Source: Minisyncoccota bacterium
GTDB taxonomy: Bacteria; Patescibacteriota; Minisyncoccia; Phycocordibacterales; GWA1-40-21
Direction of reading: 5' to 3'
NCBI GenBank assembly: GCA_041663045.1
Contig: JBAZRH010000002.1
Location: forward strand, 193,946-257,945
DNA: 64,000 bases
Shown: one piece after another, positions 28,221-37,143 of the stretch
Layout of the letters: every line of letters begins with the position of its first letter
How positions within the stretch are numbered: position 1 is the stretch's first letter
Notes under the pieces: generated by a model
The model's database searches: none
The model's input: only the letters and a program-made list of their open reading frames with translations
What the model was told of the DNA's origin: nothing
Program-made: the position numbers and the translations under genes

Positions 28221-28316
28221 CCCTTCTTATCAAATTCATCACTAACAAAAATGTGGTGAGTTTGTAGGAAGGCAAAACGCTTTTCTAAACGAGTTCTTTG
28301 AGAAAAGGAGAAAGTT
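28221..28316 (+). promoter_or_regulatory. conserved structured 5' leader, copy 2 of 3
   Basis: CCCTTCTTATCAAATTCATCACTAACAAAAATGTGGTGAGTTTGTAGGAAGG...TTCTTTGAGAAAAGGAGAAAGTT-ATG; preceded by a hairpin at 28187..28223. Confidence 0.5.
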
Positions 28317-28787
28317 ATGTGGCAATTCATATCCGCAGTGTTGTTCGTGGTGGCGACCTCGATGATCAGTCACTATCTGGTCAAAAAAAGCCTGACCCCG
28401 TGGAATGGTGAGATGTTTTTGATTTCGAATTACCATGAGCAAAAGCTAGGAATAGTCAGTCGGTTGACTGAAGAACATGGAGGAAAAATATTTAGTGACA
28501 AAGTTGTCACTCCTACGGGTTTTCACAGAGATATCTGTCTACCCGAAGCGACCATTATTAACTCTCTTATGTTTAGTGAGTCTACCTGTGAAAAGATGCC
28601 TTTTATTCGTATAGCTTTAAAGAAAGGGTCTGTAATCACTTCTGTGGGTTGGCGCATTGCGGTCAGTATTGACGAAGTGGACATGTGTTTTGAAGAGCCT
28701 GTTGATGGAAGTAAGTTTGATTGCCTCTGTGTGATTATGGAATCTCAACTAAACAAAAGGGTTTACACAATTAATTTCAACGCATAA
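28317..28787 (+). CDS. hypothetical protein with N-terminal TM helix
   Basis: 156 aa; architecture resembles 27429..27863. Confidence 0.4.
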   Translation: MWQFISAVLFVVATSMISHYLVKKSLTPWNGEMFLISNYHEQKLGIVSRLTEEHGGKIFSDKVVTPTGFHRDICLPEATIINSLMFSESTCEKMPFIRIALKKGSVITSVGWRIAVSIDEVDMCFEEPVDGSKFDCLCVIMESQLNKRVYTINFNA

Positions 28788-28956
28788 CCTATTCCTTGCA
28801 ATATGTGTTTATAGATGTTGATACTCAATAAATCGGGCGGGGTTTGCGAAGCAAACCCCGCCTTTTCTTTTGTATTTCCAACATCTTTCTGGTATTTGCA
28901 TCCTATATTATCATATGATAATATAGGATATGTTAGTAATTTAATATATATAAAAT

Positions 28957-29178
28957 ATGAGTACAATATCTGTTCCACTTCCTGCAAAATTGGAAGAAAA
29001 ACTGAATAATCTTGTGAAGTCTGGATATGGTTCAAACAAAGCCGACGCTGTTCGCCGAGCTATTTTAAGTGCATCGGAAGAAGAGGCGATACAGGATGTC
29101 TTGCAAGCGCAGCATGAAATAGCTATGGGCAAAGGGTTGCACGGAGATTTAAGAGAATTAGCAAAAAGATTCAAATAA
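28957..29178 (+). CDS. type II antitoxin, ParD/RHH family
   Basis: 73 aa; N-terminal beta-strand then ..KADAVRRAIL, typical of ribbon-helix-helix antitoxins; a toxin gene follows 1 nt downstream. Confidence 0.55.
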   Translation: MSTISVPLPAKLEEKLNNLVKSGYGSNKADAVRRAILSASEEEAIQDVLQAQHEIAMGKGLHGDLRELAKRFK

Positions 29179-29179
29179 A

Positions 29180-29440
29180 ATGCTAAATCTTATTTATGCA
29201 CCGATTTTTGTAAAGAAATTTAATAAACTAGAGGAGAATTTACAGGATGAGGTGATTGAGAAAATAGAATTATTTAAAGATGCTCGAAATCACAAAATAC
29301 TGAAAGTCCATAAATTACACGGGCAATTCAAAAATTGTTATAGTTTTTCTGTAAATTATGAATTTCGAATCATTTTTTCCTATGCTTCTAAAAAAGATGT
29401 CGATATTTTGGCTATTGGAGGACACGATATATACAAATAA
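29180..29440 (+). CDS. type II toxin, RelE/ParE family
   Basis: 86 aa; YEFRIIFSYASKKDVDILAIGGHDIY matches the RelE/StbE C-terminal signature. Confidence 0.6.
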   Translation: MLNLIYAPIFVKKFNKLEENLQDEVIEKIELFKDARNHKILKVHKLHGQFKNCYSFSVNYEFRIIFSYASKKDVDILAIGGHDIYK

Positions 29441-29441
29441 T

Positions 29442-30245
29442 TTATTTCAATTCAAGCAGTACCGGGCAATGGTCGCTTCCAAACATATTATTTAAGATTT
29501 CGGCGCGGGAGATTTTTGATTTCAAATCTTGTGAGGTGAAAAAGTAGTCCAGACGCCAGCCGACATTTCTTTCTCGAGCAAAAGTTTTCATATCCCACCA
29601 GCTATATTTTATTTCTTTTGGATGAAGTGTGCGGAAAGTGTCTATCCAGCCATGGGCGACGAGTTTGTCCATCCAAGCGCGTTCTATCGGTAAAAATCCG
29701 GTATGCTCGGCATTTTCTTTTGCTCTTGCAAGGTCGATTTCATTGTGTGCGGTGTTTACATCTCCGCAGAAAATCACGCTTTTTCCGGCTTTTTCCAATT
29801 TTTTTATAAATTTCAGAAATTCATCATAATATTCAAGCTTGTATTCAAGTCTGTCTTGCCCACCTCCGCCATTTGGGAAATAGCAAGTTATGATGACAGT
29901 ATCTCCGAGATGCAATGCGAGAAATCTACCTTCCTGGTCTAATTTTTCCACTCCAAGTCCATATTCTACTTTTGGGGACTGGGTTCCGTTCTTCAACGGA
30001 ATGACAGAGGAGAGAAGTTTTTCTTTTATATAAATTGCTACGCCAGAATATCCCTTCTTCACTTTTGAATGATCAAAAAAGGCGTGATAACCTGCGGGGG
30101 AGCGCACTTCTTCGGGAAGCTGTTCTGGATGAGCTTTCGTCTCTTGCAGGCAGAAAATATCCGGATCAACCTCAAAAATGCTGTCAAAAGCCCCCTTTTT
30201 GTGGAAAGCTCGCAGGCCGTTTACATTCCAGGAAATGATTTTCAT
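29442..30245 (-). CDS. xth: exodeoxyribonuclease III
   Basis: MKIISWNVNGLRA start (the track ORF extends 44 aa further upstream); DHCPV near the C-terminus. Confidence 0.85.
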   Translation of the reverse strand: MKIISWNVNGLRAFHKKGAFDSIFEVDPDIFCLQETKAHPEQLPEEVRSPAGYHAFFDHSKVKKGYSGVAIYIKEKLLSSVIPLKNGTQSPKVEYGLGVEKLDQEGRFLALHLGDTVIITCYFPNGGGGQDRLEYKLEYYDEFLKFIKKLEKAGKSVIFCGDVNTAHNEIDLARAKENAEHTGFLPIERAWMDKLVAHGWIDTFRTLHPKEIKYSWWDMKTFARERNVGWRLDYFFTSQDLKSKISRAEILNNMFGSDHCPVLLELK

Positions 30246-30264
30246 AAGACAATAATAACACAAA

Positions 30265-30313
30265 AATACCGAGGCGGAACCTTTCTGTGGATTTAAGGTT
30301 CCGCCTCGGTATT
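30265..30313. terminator. 17-bp perfect-stem bidirectional terminator
   Basis: AATACCGAGGCGGAACC-(15 nt)-GGTTCCGCCTCGGTATT, flanked by an A-run and a T-run. Confidence 0.75.
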
Positions 30314-30315
30314 TT

Positions 30316-30558
30316 TTAGAAATCTCTATAGGTTTTTTCTGATCGATATTCGACGGAGACAATATTATTGTAGCCACTATCTCTTTTATAGATTATCCTG
30401 ATTTTTCCTTTTCTTAGGCGGAAACAATTTTCTTGGTCTTGTAGTTTCTTAATGTCTAGACCCCTTAGGTCGTCTGTCTTTATCTTATAGAGTAATTCGA
30501 GAATAATATCCCTTTTCCGACTCTCAATTTTAGAGAGAAACTTTTCTATTTTGTTCAT
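30316..30558 (-). CDS. type II toxin, RelE/ParE family
   Basis: 80 aa; CFRLRKGKIRIIYKRD...IVSVEYRSE. Confidence 0.55.
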   Translation of the reverse strand: MNKIEKFLSKIESRKRDIILELLYKIKTDDLRGLDIKKLQDQENCFRLRKGKIRIIYKRDSGYNNIVSVEYRSEKTYRDF

Positions 30559-30808
30559 TCTTCTTAAATTTTTCCATTATAGAAATGAGTTTCTCGACCC
30601 TAATCCCTTCTTTTTTACCTCCCTCTGTAAAATCAATCAAAGTCTCCCATTTTTCACCCACTGGTTCCAGACGAAAGATTGCTTTTGACCTTTTGACTAC
30701 CACAAAAGACATACCTTTTTCCAAGGCCCTGATATATTTGTCGGCATTTACGCGGAAATCCTTAAAAGGAATAATATTATTTATGTGGTTTTTTACCAAT
30801 GTATTCAT
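30530..30808 (-). CDS. type II antitoxin, Phd/YefM-like
   Basis: 92 aa; IPFKDFRVNADKYIRALEKGMSFVVVKRSKAIFRLEP; overlaps the downstream toxin by 29 nt. Confidence 0.45.
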   Translation of the reverse strand: MNTLVKNHINNIIPFKDFRVNADKYIRALEKGMSFVVVKRSKAIFRLEPVGEKWETLIDFTEGGKKEGIRVEKLISIMEKFKKNEQNRKVSL

Positions 30809-31040
30809 ATAGACAAGTTTATCTTAAGTTAAACTTAAAGTCAAATCATTTAATATAAAAAAACCCACCGCCGAAGCAAGTGGGTCTGGGTCGAGGCTGT
30901 ATCCCAGGTAGCCTCCGAGAGGTTAGGTTCTTGTTCTCTTGGGTTTGTGTAAGGCGGATCGGCCGAAGCAGATCAGCTAATGACAAACCGGAATTACCCT
31001 TTTATTGGAAGCTATGCTTCCAAACCTTGTCGGTTTATGG

Positions 31041-31301
31041 TCATTTTTCGTCGATCATAGAGTCGAGTTCCGCAACAACTTTTTGATAAGTAGTTGCAAG
31101 AAACATCTTTGCAAGCTCGGCCATTTCCGAAGGAAGGATGCCGAGTTTCTTTGCCCCGTTGGTGAGTTCTCGCCTGATTTCCTTTGGATTCAGACGGATT
31201 CCACCATCTCTCTCCATTTTGTCTTGGAGAACCAACACTGCGATTTCACCAGCCCGCTCTTTACTCAGTGTCATATGACACTCCTTTTCTTGAACGAACA
31301 T
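31041..31301 (-). CDS. hypothetical protein (G+C above flanks)
   Basis: 77-86 aa; followed downstream by a ~155 nt GC-rich structured untranslated segment and a terminator at 30864..30885. Confidence 0.35.
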   Translation of the reverse strand: MFVQEKECHMTLSKERAGEIAVLVLQDKMERDGGIRLNPKEIRRELTNGAKKLGILPSEMAELAKMFLATTYQKVVAELDSMIDEK

Positions 31302-31423
31302 TGCAGTTGCGGACTGCTAGCCGACCGGTTACTATCATTTCACCAGTACTACGAGTATATCATACTTGAATATAAAAGTCAAATCGTAAGAACGTAGTAT
31401 TTTTATGATATAATTTCACCACT

Positions 31424-31786
31424 ATGAACGAAGAACAGAAGATAATAAATCCATTGGAGAATAACGGCGGGGCGGGGAGTGGGCAGATTGATAATGAAAA
31501 ACTTTGGGCGGTTCTCGGATATTTTATATTTTTTCTGCCTATGATTTTTGTGAAGAATAGAACACAGTTTTTGAATTTTCATATTAATCAGGGGATTATT
31601 CTTTTTATTGTATCGATGGCAGGATATTTTGGCTTTGGGATTTTGCCTTTCGGAATAGGAATGATTTTCTCTTGGATTTGGCAGATAGCTGTGATTGCTT
31701 TACTCGTCGCGGGCGTGATGAATGTGATGAAAAAAGAGACGAAGCCCTTGCCGGTGGTGGGAAGATTATTTAATTTTTTGAAATAA
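31424..31786 (+). CDS. hypothetical membrane protein (DUF4870-like)
   Basis: 120 aa, 3 TM helices. Confidence 0.45.
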   Translation: MNEEQKIINPLENNGGAGSGQIDNEKLWAVLGYFIFFLPMIFVKNRTQFLNFHINQGIILFIVSMAGYFGFGILPFGIGMIFSWIWQIAVIALLVAGVMNVMKKETKPLPVVGRLFNFLK

Positions 31787-31791
31787 AATAT

Positions 31792-32271
31792 ATGGATACA
31801 AATAGGAAAAACATCTTTGAGACAAATGCTGCAAAAGCATCAAATAAACTCACAATAAATTCTTTTATGATGGGCAGTCTCCTTTTTATCTTTACCTTGA
31901 TTTGGACATTAAGTCCAGATAGATTTGATTTGAATTTAATATCTCAGATAACTCTCGCTTTCCCACTCCTATTTGTCTCTAGTTTGGCGTACTCTAAAAT
32001 AGCGTACTGGCATGAGACAAAACTCTGGGACACTTTTGGATGGTTCACAAACAACTTAGCAAATATTCTTATATTAAACTCAATCGGCTTGATGGTGGCT
32101 TCAATTAATAAAACGCTTTCAATTAGTTATTTTAGTCTTTTACTAATTGCCATGTTTATCTATTCAGTAATAAATGTTATTTATACACCAAGTGCTTTAT
32201 CTGAAAAGATTTTTAAATATCTATTTTTGGTAACGGGGATAATATTGGGTGGGGTATTGATGATTTTGTAA
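31792..32271 (+). CDS. hypothetical membrane protein
   Basis: 159 aa, 4 TM helices; terminator at 32292..32333. Confidence 0.45.
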   Translation: MDTNRKNIFETNAAKASNKLTINSFMMGSLLFIFTLIWTLSPDRFDLNLISQITLAFPLLFVSSLAYSKIAYWHETKLWDTFGWFTNNLANILILNSIGLMVASINKTLSISYFSLLLIAMFIYSVINVIYTPSALSEKIFKYLFLVTGIILGGVLMIL

Positions 32272-32335
32272 ACTGGACTTGTTTAAAATACAAAATGCGG
32301 GGTTTTGGCGAAGCCAAAACCCCGCATTTTGTATT

Positions 32336-33304
32336 TTATGATTTATTATGGAATTTTTTGTGAACATCCCGCAAGTGTTTATCCGTAACATGTGTGTAAA
32401 TTTGCGTCGTCGCGATATTTGAGTGGCCGAGCATAGCCTGGACAGAGCGAAGGTCGGCACCGTTTGAAAGCAAGTCCGTGGCAAAGCAATGGCGTATGAC
32501 ATGAGGCGTGACTTTCTTTGTTATTCCAGCTATTGTGGCGTATCTTTTTACAATTCTTTCAATTGTCCTACTAGTAAGACCACCATCCGGATCAGCTGCT
32601 GGTTTGCCTTTTATCTTTTCTTCAGCGACTTTTACAAATAAAGCATCAGACATGTCCTTGCGTAGAGCGAGATATTCTTTAATAGCGGATTTGGCTCCGT
32701 CTGATAAGAATACTACGCGTACTTTACCTCCTTTTCCGCGAATAGAAAATTCGTCCATCTTTATATCCAGATCATTTTTTAGTGAGCACAATTCAGAAAC
32801 ACGAAGGCCGGTGGAAAATAATAATTCTAAAATCGCATGTCCCCTTGCTTTTTTCTCCGGATTTTCTTCCTTATCTGGTGCGGTGAGTAAACGTTTTAAT
32901 TCAGTTTGAGAGATTACGTCTATTGATCTTTCGCCGACTTTAGCCAACTCAATATTATCTGCTGACAAGGAAGTGATACCGCGTCTAGTTAGGAATCTTA
33001 AGAATATGCGCAAAGCAATCAGATAATAATTCTGCGTTTTCTTGGTCATATTATCACTGACAAAAGTCTGATTGGAATTTCTTAGTGTCCCTCGAGTTTT
33101 TGCTCCAGGTCGGCGATTCAACCAAATACGAAATTCACGCACTTTTTCATTAGTAATATCTTTCGGATTTGTAACCTTACTTTGTTTGAAGAAGAGCGTT
33201 AGGTAACGATCATAGTTTTTTATAGTCTTCAACGCCCGTCCTCTTTCGATCTCAATATATTCAAGGAATTGAGTTTTTAGTTCTTGTAAATTCATGTCGC
33301 ACAA
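32336..33304 (-). CDS. tyrosine site-specific recombinase, XerC/XerD-like
   Basis: N-terminal SAM-like domain; catalytic-region R..HxxR..Y signatures RHCFATDLL, LGHSNIATTQIYTHV. Confidence 0.8.
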   Translation of the reverse strand: MCDMNLQELKTQFLEYIEIERGRALKTIKNYDRYLTLFFKQSKVTNPKDITNEKVREFRIWLNRRPGAKTRGTLRNSNQTFVSDNMTKKTQNYYLIALRIFLRFLTRRGITSLSADNIELAKVGERSIDVISQTELKRLLTAPDKEENPEKKARGHAILELLFSTGLRVSELCSLKNDLDIKMDEFSIRGKGGKVRVVFLSDGAKSAIKEYLALRKDMSDALFVKVAEEKIKGKPAADPDGGLTSRTIERIVKRYATIAGITKKVTPHVIRHCFATDLLSNGADLRSVQAMLGHSNIATTQIYTHVTDKHLRDVHKKFHNKS

Positions 33305-33385
33305 TAATTATAGCATTTAAAAGAGAGAATAAAAAAGCGGCGTTTTCTTGGGGGTGAATACCCCCAAGAAAACGCCGCCCCAACA

Positions 33386-34015
33386 TCACTCCACCAAAAG
33401 AACATGATCCCGCACTTCAAAGGGTAAGTTTACAAATCGCCCCATAAGCACAGGCTCATCTCCTTGGCGGAAGTTTATCTCCGTTACCATCTCAAGGCCA
33501 GGCTTACCGAAAGGTGTGTGAGGAAAAATGAAGCATTCCCCACGCATGATAGCTTTCCGGTGGCCTTCATTCGCCCAGAAGGCGAGTGCATCTCCGATGG
33601 TCGGCAAATACTTTTTCACGCGATTCCGCCTGACATCGGAAACATTTTTCCATCGTGGATCCATACCAAGGGTCAAGCGAATTTTGCCTTCCGTGGTCGA
33701 GAAGATCCGTTTGCGTCCGACAAGCCCTTCCCGAATTCTCTGATCCACGCCGGAGCTACCCAATATTTCAAGTAGCTTTCGCCTCGTTTCCAAATCTTTA
33801 CTACGAATGATTTGGAATCTTGAGAAAGAACGATCCGTGCCGGAGCGTATCAGCGAAAGCAAATTGCGGTATGTGATTCCGGGTGGATTAAACCCAGGAG
33901 ACATAATCACCCCCAGTAATGTCTGGACACGATAGTCTTTGCCATGATCTTCTGTCATCCTCGCTCTGTGTGCCAAGTCTGACAATATTCCTACTGCACT
34001 GTGCATTTCTTTCAT
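33386..34015 (-). CDS. hypothetical protein of foreign (high) G+C
   Basis: 209 aa; GFNPPG segment weakly reminiscent of the RES-domain GRFNPPG motif; 18-bp-stem terminator at 33326..33367. Confidence 0.45.
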   Translation of the reverse strand: MKEMHSAVGILSDLAHRARMTEDHGKDYRVQTLLGVIMSPGFNPPGITYRNLLSLIRSGTDRSFSRFQIIRSKDLETRRKLLEILGSSGVDQRIREGLVGRKRIFSTTEGKIRLTLGMDPRWKNVSDVRRNRVKKYLPTIGDALAFWANEGHRKAIMRGECFIFPHTPFGKPGLEMVTEINFRQGDEPVLMGRFVNLPFEVRDHVLLVE

Positions 34016-34159
34016 CTTCTCTACCTTTCCTTGTTTTTGTTGTGCTATCTATTAGTTAAATTACTTAAATTTAGTAAATAAGTCAAATCTTTATTAATAG
34101 TGTTTCTATCAAAAATATTATACAATTACTATATTAATTATTTTTAATAAAACAAAAAT

Positions 34160-34945
34160 ATGAATTTTGAAATGCCACCAAAAGAGACCTTGGAAAAAGA
34201 TATGCTTGCGAAAGTGAAGGATAGTATTCCTACTGGCCAAGAATGGCGTGTCGGGCAACTTTTGAAATGTGAAATAATTGTGAAGGCGGGGGCCAAGCTT
34301 ACTGTTACAGAAATGGCCGCAAAAAATAAAATCATTGTCGAGGAGGGGGGCGAGCTTGAAATTACAGGACAAGATTTGGTCAATGAAATAACGAGGGGTG
34401 GGCAAGTTGAAACAGCATCTGCGCAGGAAGAGAAAACCGAAACACCCATGCAACCGCAAAATAATGAGGTGCAAAAAGATTCGGTGGCTATACCGGAGAA
34501 TATGTCTGAACATGATAGGAGAATGCTTGATATTAGCAGAAAAGAGGTGGAGACAATACTAGGGATGACCCCCGAAGGACTCACCAAGATGGAGAAAGTC
34601 GCTGATATGATTAAGAAAATGCCATTAATTCAGAATGCAATGGTTATTGAAGGCCTTACAAGTTCTGGAGCTATCGATAAAAAGATTGGGGCAGATTTCA
34701 TTATTGCAGAATATAATCTAAGAGTTGATTTGGCATTGAAGATTTTACAATGGCCAGACTCCGCTAGGGAGACAGTAGAGACTTTATTAGGGGCTGATGG
34801 TAAGGATCCTAATAAACGTGCAATAGAAACGTACGTGAGTGATAAGAAAAAGATGGATGATTTTCTTAAAACCGGTGTAAATAATGGATTGGATCAGTAC
34901 CAAGTAATGGCATTAAATGAGATCAGAAAGGAAAAGGGGCTTTAA
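34160..34945 (+). CDS. hypothetical protein
   Basis: 261 aa, acidic, no clear motif. Confidence 0.45.
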   Translation: MNFEMPPKETLEKDMLAKVKDSIPTGQEWRVGQLLKCEIIVKAGAKLTVTEMAAKNKIIVEEGGELEITGQDLVNEITRGGQVETASAQEEKTETPMQPQNNEVQKDSVAIPENMSEHDRRMLDISRKEVETILGMTPEGLTKMEKVADMIKKMPLIQNAMVIEGLTSSGAIDKKIGADFIIAEYNLRVDLALKILQWPDSARETVETLLGADGKDPNKRAIETYVSDKKKMDDFLKTGVNNGLDQYQVMALNEIRKEKGL

Positions 34946-34953
34946 ATGAGGGG

Positions 34954-34982
34954 TTGCAAATATTGGGCAGATATGCTACAAT
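34954..34982 (+). promoter_or_regulatory. promoter of rpsO with extended -10; near-leaderless
   Basis: TTGCAA (34954-34959), 17 nt spacer, TGcTACAAT ending at 34982, 9 nt before the ATG. Confidence 0.45.
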
Positions 34983-34991
34983 CTCCCCACA

Positions 34992-35255
34992 ATGCTTACA
35001 AAGATAAAGAAACAAAAAGTCATCGCCGAACACGCTATGCACGATACAGACACAGGTTCTCCTGAGGTCCAGATAGCTATGCTTACGAAGAAAATCGAGG
35101 AATTGACCAAACATTTGAAGAAAAATGCCAAGGACAATCACTCAAGAAGAGGTCTTCTAGGTATGGTGGCAGACAGACAGAAACATATGAAATATTTGGC
35201 AAAGAACTATCCAAAAAGGCATTCAGCGATAGCAAAGAAGACGGGACTAAAGTAA
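34992..35255 (+). CDS. rpsO: 30S ribosomal protein S15
   Basis: HDTDTGSPEVQIAMLTKKI...DNHSRRGLLGMV. Confidence 0.9.
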   Translation: MLTKIKKQKVIAEHAMHDTDTGSPEVQIAMLTKKIEELTKHLKKNAKDNHSRRGLLGMVADRQKHMKYLAKNYPKRHSAIAKKTGLK

Positions 35256-35367
35256 TTTAAACAAAAATCCGCCTCGAGCGGATTTTTGTTTATTTTATCG
35301 TGTTATAATGTAAGTAGGTCGGTATTATTAATTTTATAATAAAGAGCGGGGTAGTTGTATCGATTTA

Positions 35368-35464
35368 CCCCAGTGAAGTATCCGCCTATGGCGGAGAAAT
35401 CTTAAAAGATTTCACTTCACGGGGTGATGATTTTTATATTCACTTCGCTCATTAAAAATCAATC
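35368..35464 (+). promoter_or_regulatory. duplicated structured upstream module (copy 1), abutting the NYN gene start
   Basis: CCCCAGTGAAG...CTTCACGGGG stem, then TGATGATTTTTATATTCACTTCGCTCATTAAAAATCAATC-ATG; the 3' 47 nt are identical to 43829..43875 apart from two a/g swaps. Confidence 0.5.
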
Positions 35465-35989
35465 ATGTCAGTAATAAAACACAAAAATCAGAGAGTTGGG
35501 ATTTTTATAGATACACAAAATTTATATCATTCAGCTAAGAATCTGTATGGAGCCAAGGTCAACTTCGGCCAAGTCGTCAAAGACGCATTGGATGGAAGAG
35601 TTTTGATCAGAGCGACAGCATATGTCATCACCACAGAATCTGGAGACGAGAAAAGCTTTTTCGAAGCTCTTGGTAAGGTTGGTATCACGACAAAGACAAA
35701 AAATCTACAGATTTTCCCCGGTGGAGCCAAGAAAGCAGACTGGGATGTCGGTATGGCGATAGATGCTATATCACTTTCAGCAAAAGTGGATGCAGTGGTC
35801 TTGATCACAGGCGACGGAGACTTTATTCCGCTTGTAGAATATTTGAAAATCAAACAAGGATGCCAAGTGGAAGTAGTTTCCTTTGGTAAATCAACATCAG
35901 CCAAGCTCATAGAAGCCGTAGATGGCTTTATGGATTTGGATGTAAATCCGAGAAAATATTTGCTAGGGACGGGAGGGGGGAAGAGGTAG
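35465..35989 (+). CDS. NYN-domain (LabA-like, PIN-fold) protein
   Basis: RVGIFIDTQNLY...VVLITGDGDF. Confidence 0.75.
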   Translation: MSVIKHKNQRVGIFIDTQNLYHSAKNLYGAKVNFGQVVKDALDGRVLIRATAYVITTESGDEKSFFEALGKVGITTKTKNLQIFPGGAKKADWDVGMAIDAISLSAKVDAVVLITGDGDFIPLVEYLKIKQGCQVEVVSFGKSTSAKLIEAVDGFMDLDVNPRKYLLGTGGGKR

Positions 35990-36057
35990 GCACAGATTCA
36001 AGATTCAAGAATAAAAAAACAGCCGAAGTTCACCATGGTGCACTTCGGCTGATTGGT

Positions 36058-36450
36058 TTATGGAGTATTTGTTCCCCTTATAATTTTTTGTGGTACTATC
36101 AAAACCATACTTACTCCTCTTGGACCTGGAAATCTAGGATTACACACGAACCAAAATCTCTTGTGAAAGGTCATCTCCTCATCACAATGACTATAGATAC
36201 CTTTTGGTAGATTTCTATTGCCGAACAGTATTATGTATTTACCACTGCCAATCAAACCAATAGTAGCAAATGATCTCTTGGTGCCGAATGCCGATGAATT
36301 TCGACGGATTATCGAGAGATAACTACCGCTACATGGATCGAGATTTATACTAATGAGTTTTTGCCTGACCTCTTTGACTCCATGCATAATCTTCTCAAAA
36401 TTAACAAGATAAAATACTTTTCTGCCAAATCGATATTTTATTTTTTTCAT
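36058..36450 (-). CDS. hypothetical protein
   Basis: 130 aa, immediately downstream of leader copy 3. Confidence 0.4.
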   Translation of the reverse strand: MKKIKYRFGRKVFYLVNFEKIMHGVKEVRQKLISINLDPCSGSYLSIIRRNSSAFGTKRSFATIGLIGSGKYIILFGNRNLPKGIYSHCDEEMTFHKRFWFVCNPRFPGPRGVSMVLIVPQKIIRGTNTP

Positions 36451-36548
36451 TTTTTCTCCTTTTGTTAAAGAACATTTAGAAAAGTCCTATACTTTCCTAC
36501 AAACTCACCACTTTTTTGTTTTAGTGATGAGTTTGATGAGAAGGGGAA
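36451..36548 (-). promoter_or_regulatory. conserved structured 5' leader, copy 3 of 3 (minus strand)
   Basis: Reverse complement CCCCTTCTCATCAAACTCATCACTAAAACAAAAAAGTGGTGAGTTTGTAGGAAAG...TTCTTTAACAAAAGGAGAAAAA-ATG; preceded by a hairpin at 36543..36563. Confidence 0.5.
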
Positions 36549-36585
36549 CCACAGGCGTTCCCCGAAGTGAAACTCGGCTGATGTG

Positions 36586-37143
36586 TTATCCACGGAAGTA
36601 GTGCCTTTCAAGCTCCTTCCCATACTTCCATACTTTGCATAGAACATCCAAAGCGCATTTAAACTCTAATCCAGATATCGTCTCGGTGTCAACCTTATGA
36701 CTGGCCCATCCTGCAATTCTGCTCAACTTTTTGCCTTCTCCTATTTTAATCTCCATGATCTGCGCCCATCTGGAGGCAAAGCGAAGCATTCCCATCATCT
36801 CTCTTTTATTTGTTTCGACGATTTCTGCCCAAAGATTCTTGTTACGAACTTTGAATGGTACAATGCCTTGTGCAATGGCTTTCCTCTTGAGCCTTAAGTA
36901 TTTTCTGTCCTCAGCTTTTTCCTTGAGGATTTCTGCTCTCCCTTCCGGAGATCTTCCCCATTCTTTTTCATAGTTTCTCACTATGGATTTAACACTACTA
37001 CCTTTTGGGTGAGCAGTAACAATGATTCCATTGAACCTTATACAGACAGAGTTATTGAGCTTTTTTGCCCTCCCAATCATCTTTCTTGCTAGAGAATATA
37101 GATTGTCTCCATAATCGCAGAAACCCCTCTTGAGATGTCTCAT
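36586..37143 (-). CDS. hypothetical protein
   Basis: 185 aa; translationally coupled (ATGA overlap) to the upstream small Cys-rich ORF. Confidence 0.45.
   Translation of the reverse strand: MRHLKRGFCDYGDNLYSLARKMIGRAKKLNNSVCIRFNGIIVTAHPKGSSVKSIVRNYEKEWGRSPEGRAEILKEKAEDRKYLRLKRKAIAQGIVPFKVRNKNLWAEIVETNKREMMGMLRFASRWAQIMEIKIGEGKKLSRIAGWASHKVDTETISGLEFKCALDVLCKVWKYGKELERHYFRG

Noticed and set aside
35368-35464. Hammerhead or twister self-cleaving ribozyme in the duplicated upstream module
   Set aside because: The conserved cores (CUGANGA...GAAA for hammerhead; twister loops) are not present. Only a simple hairpin plus a U-run and a -10-like box are supported.
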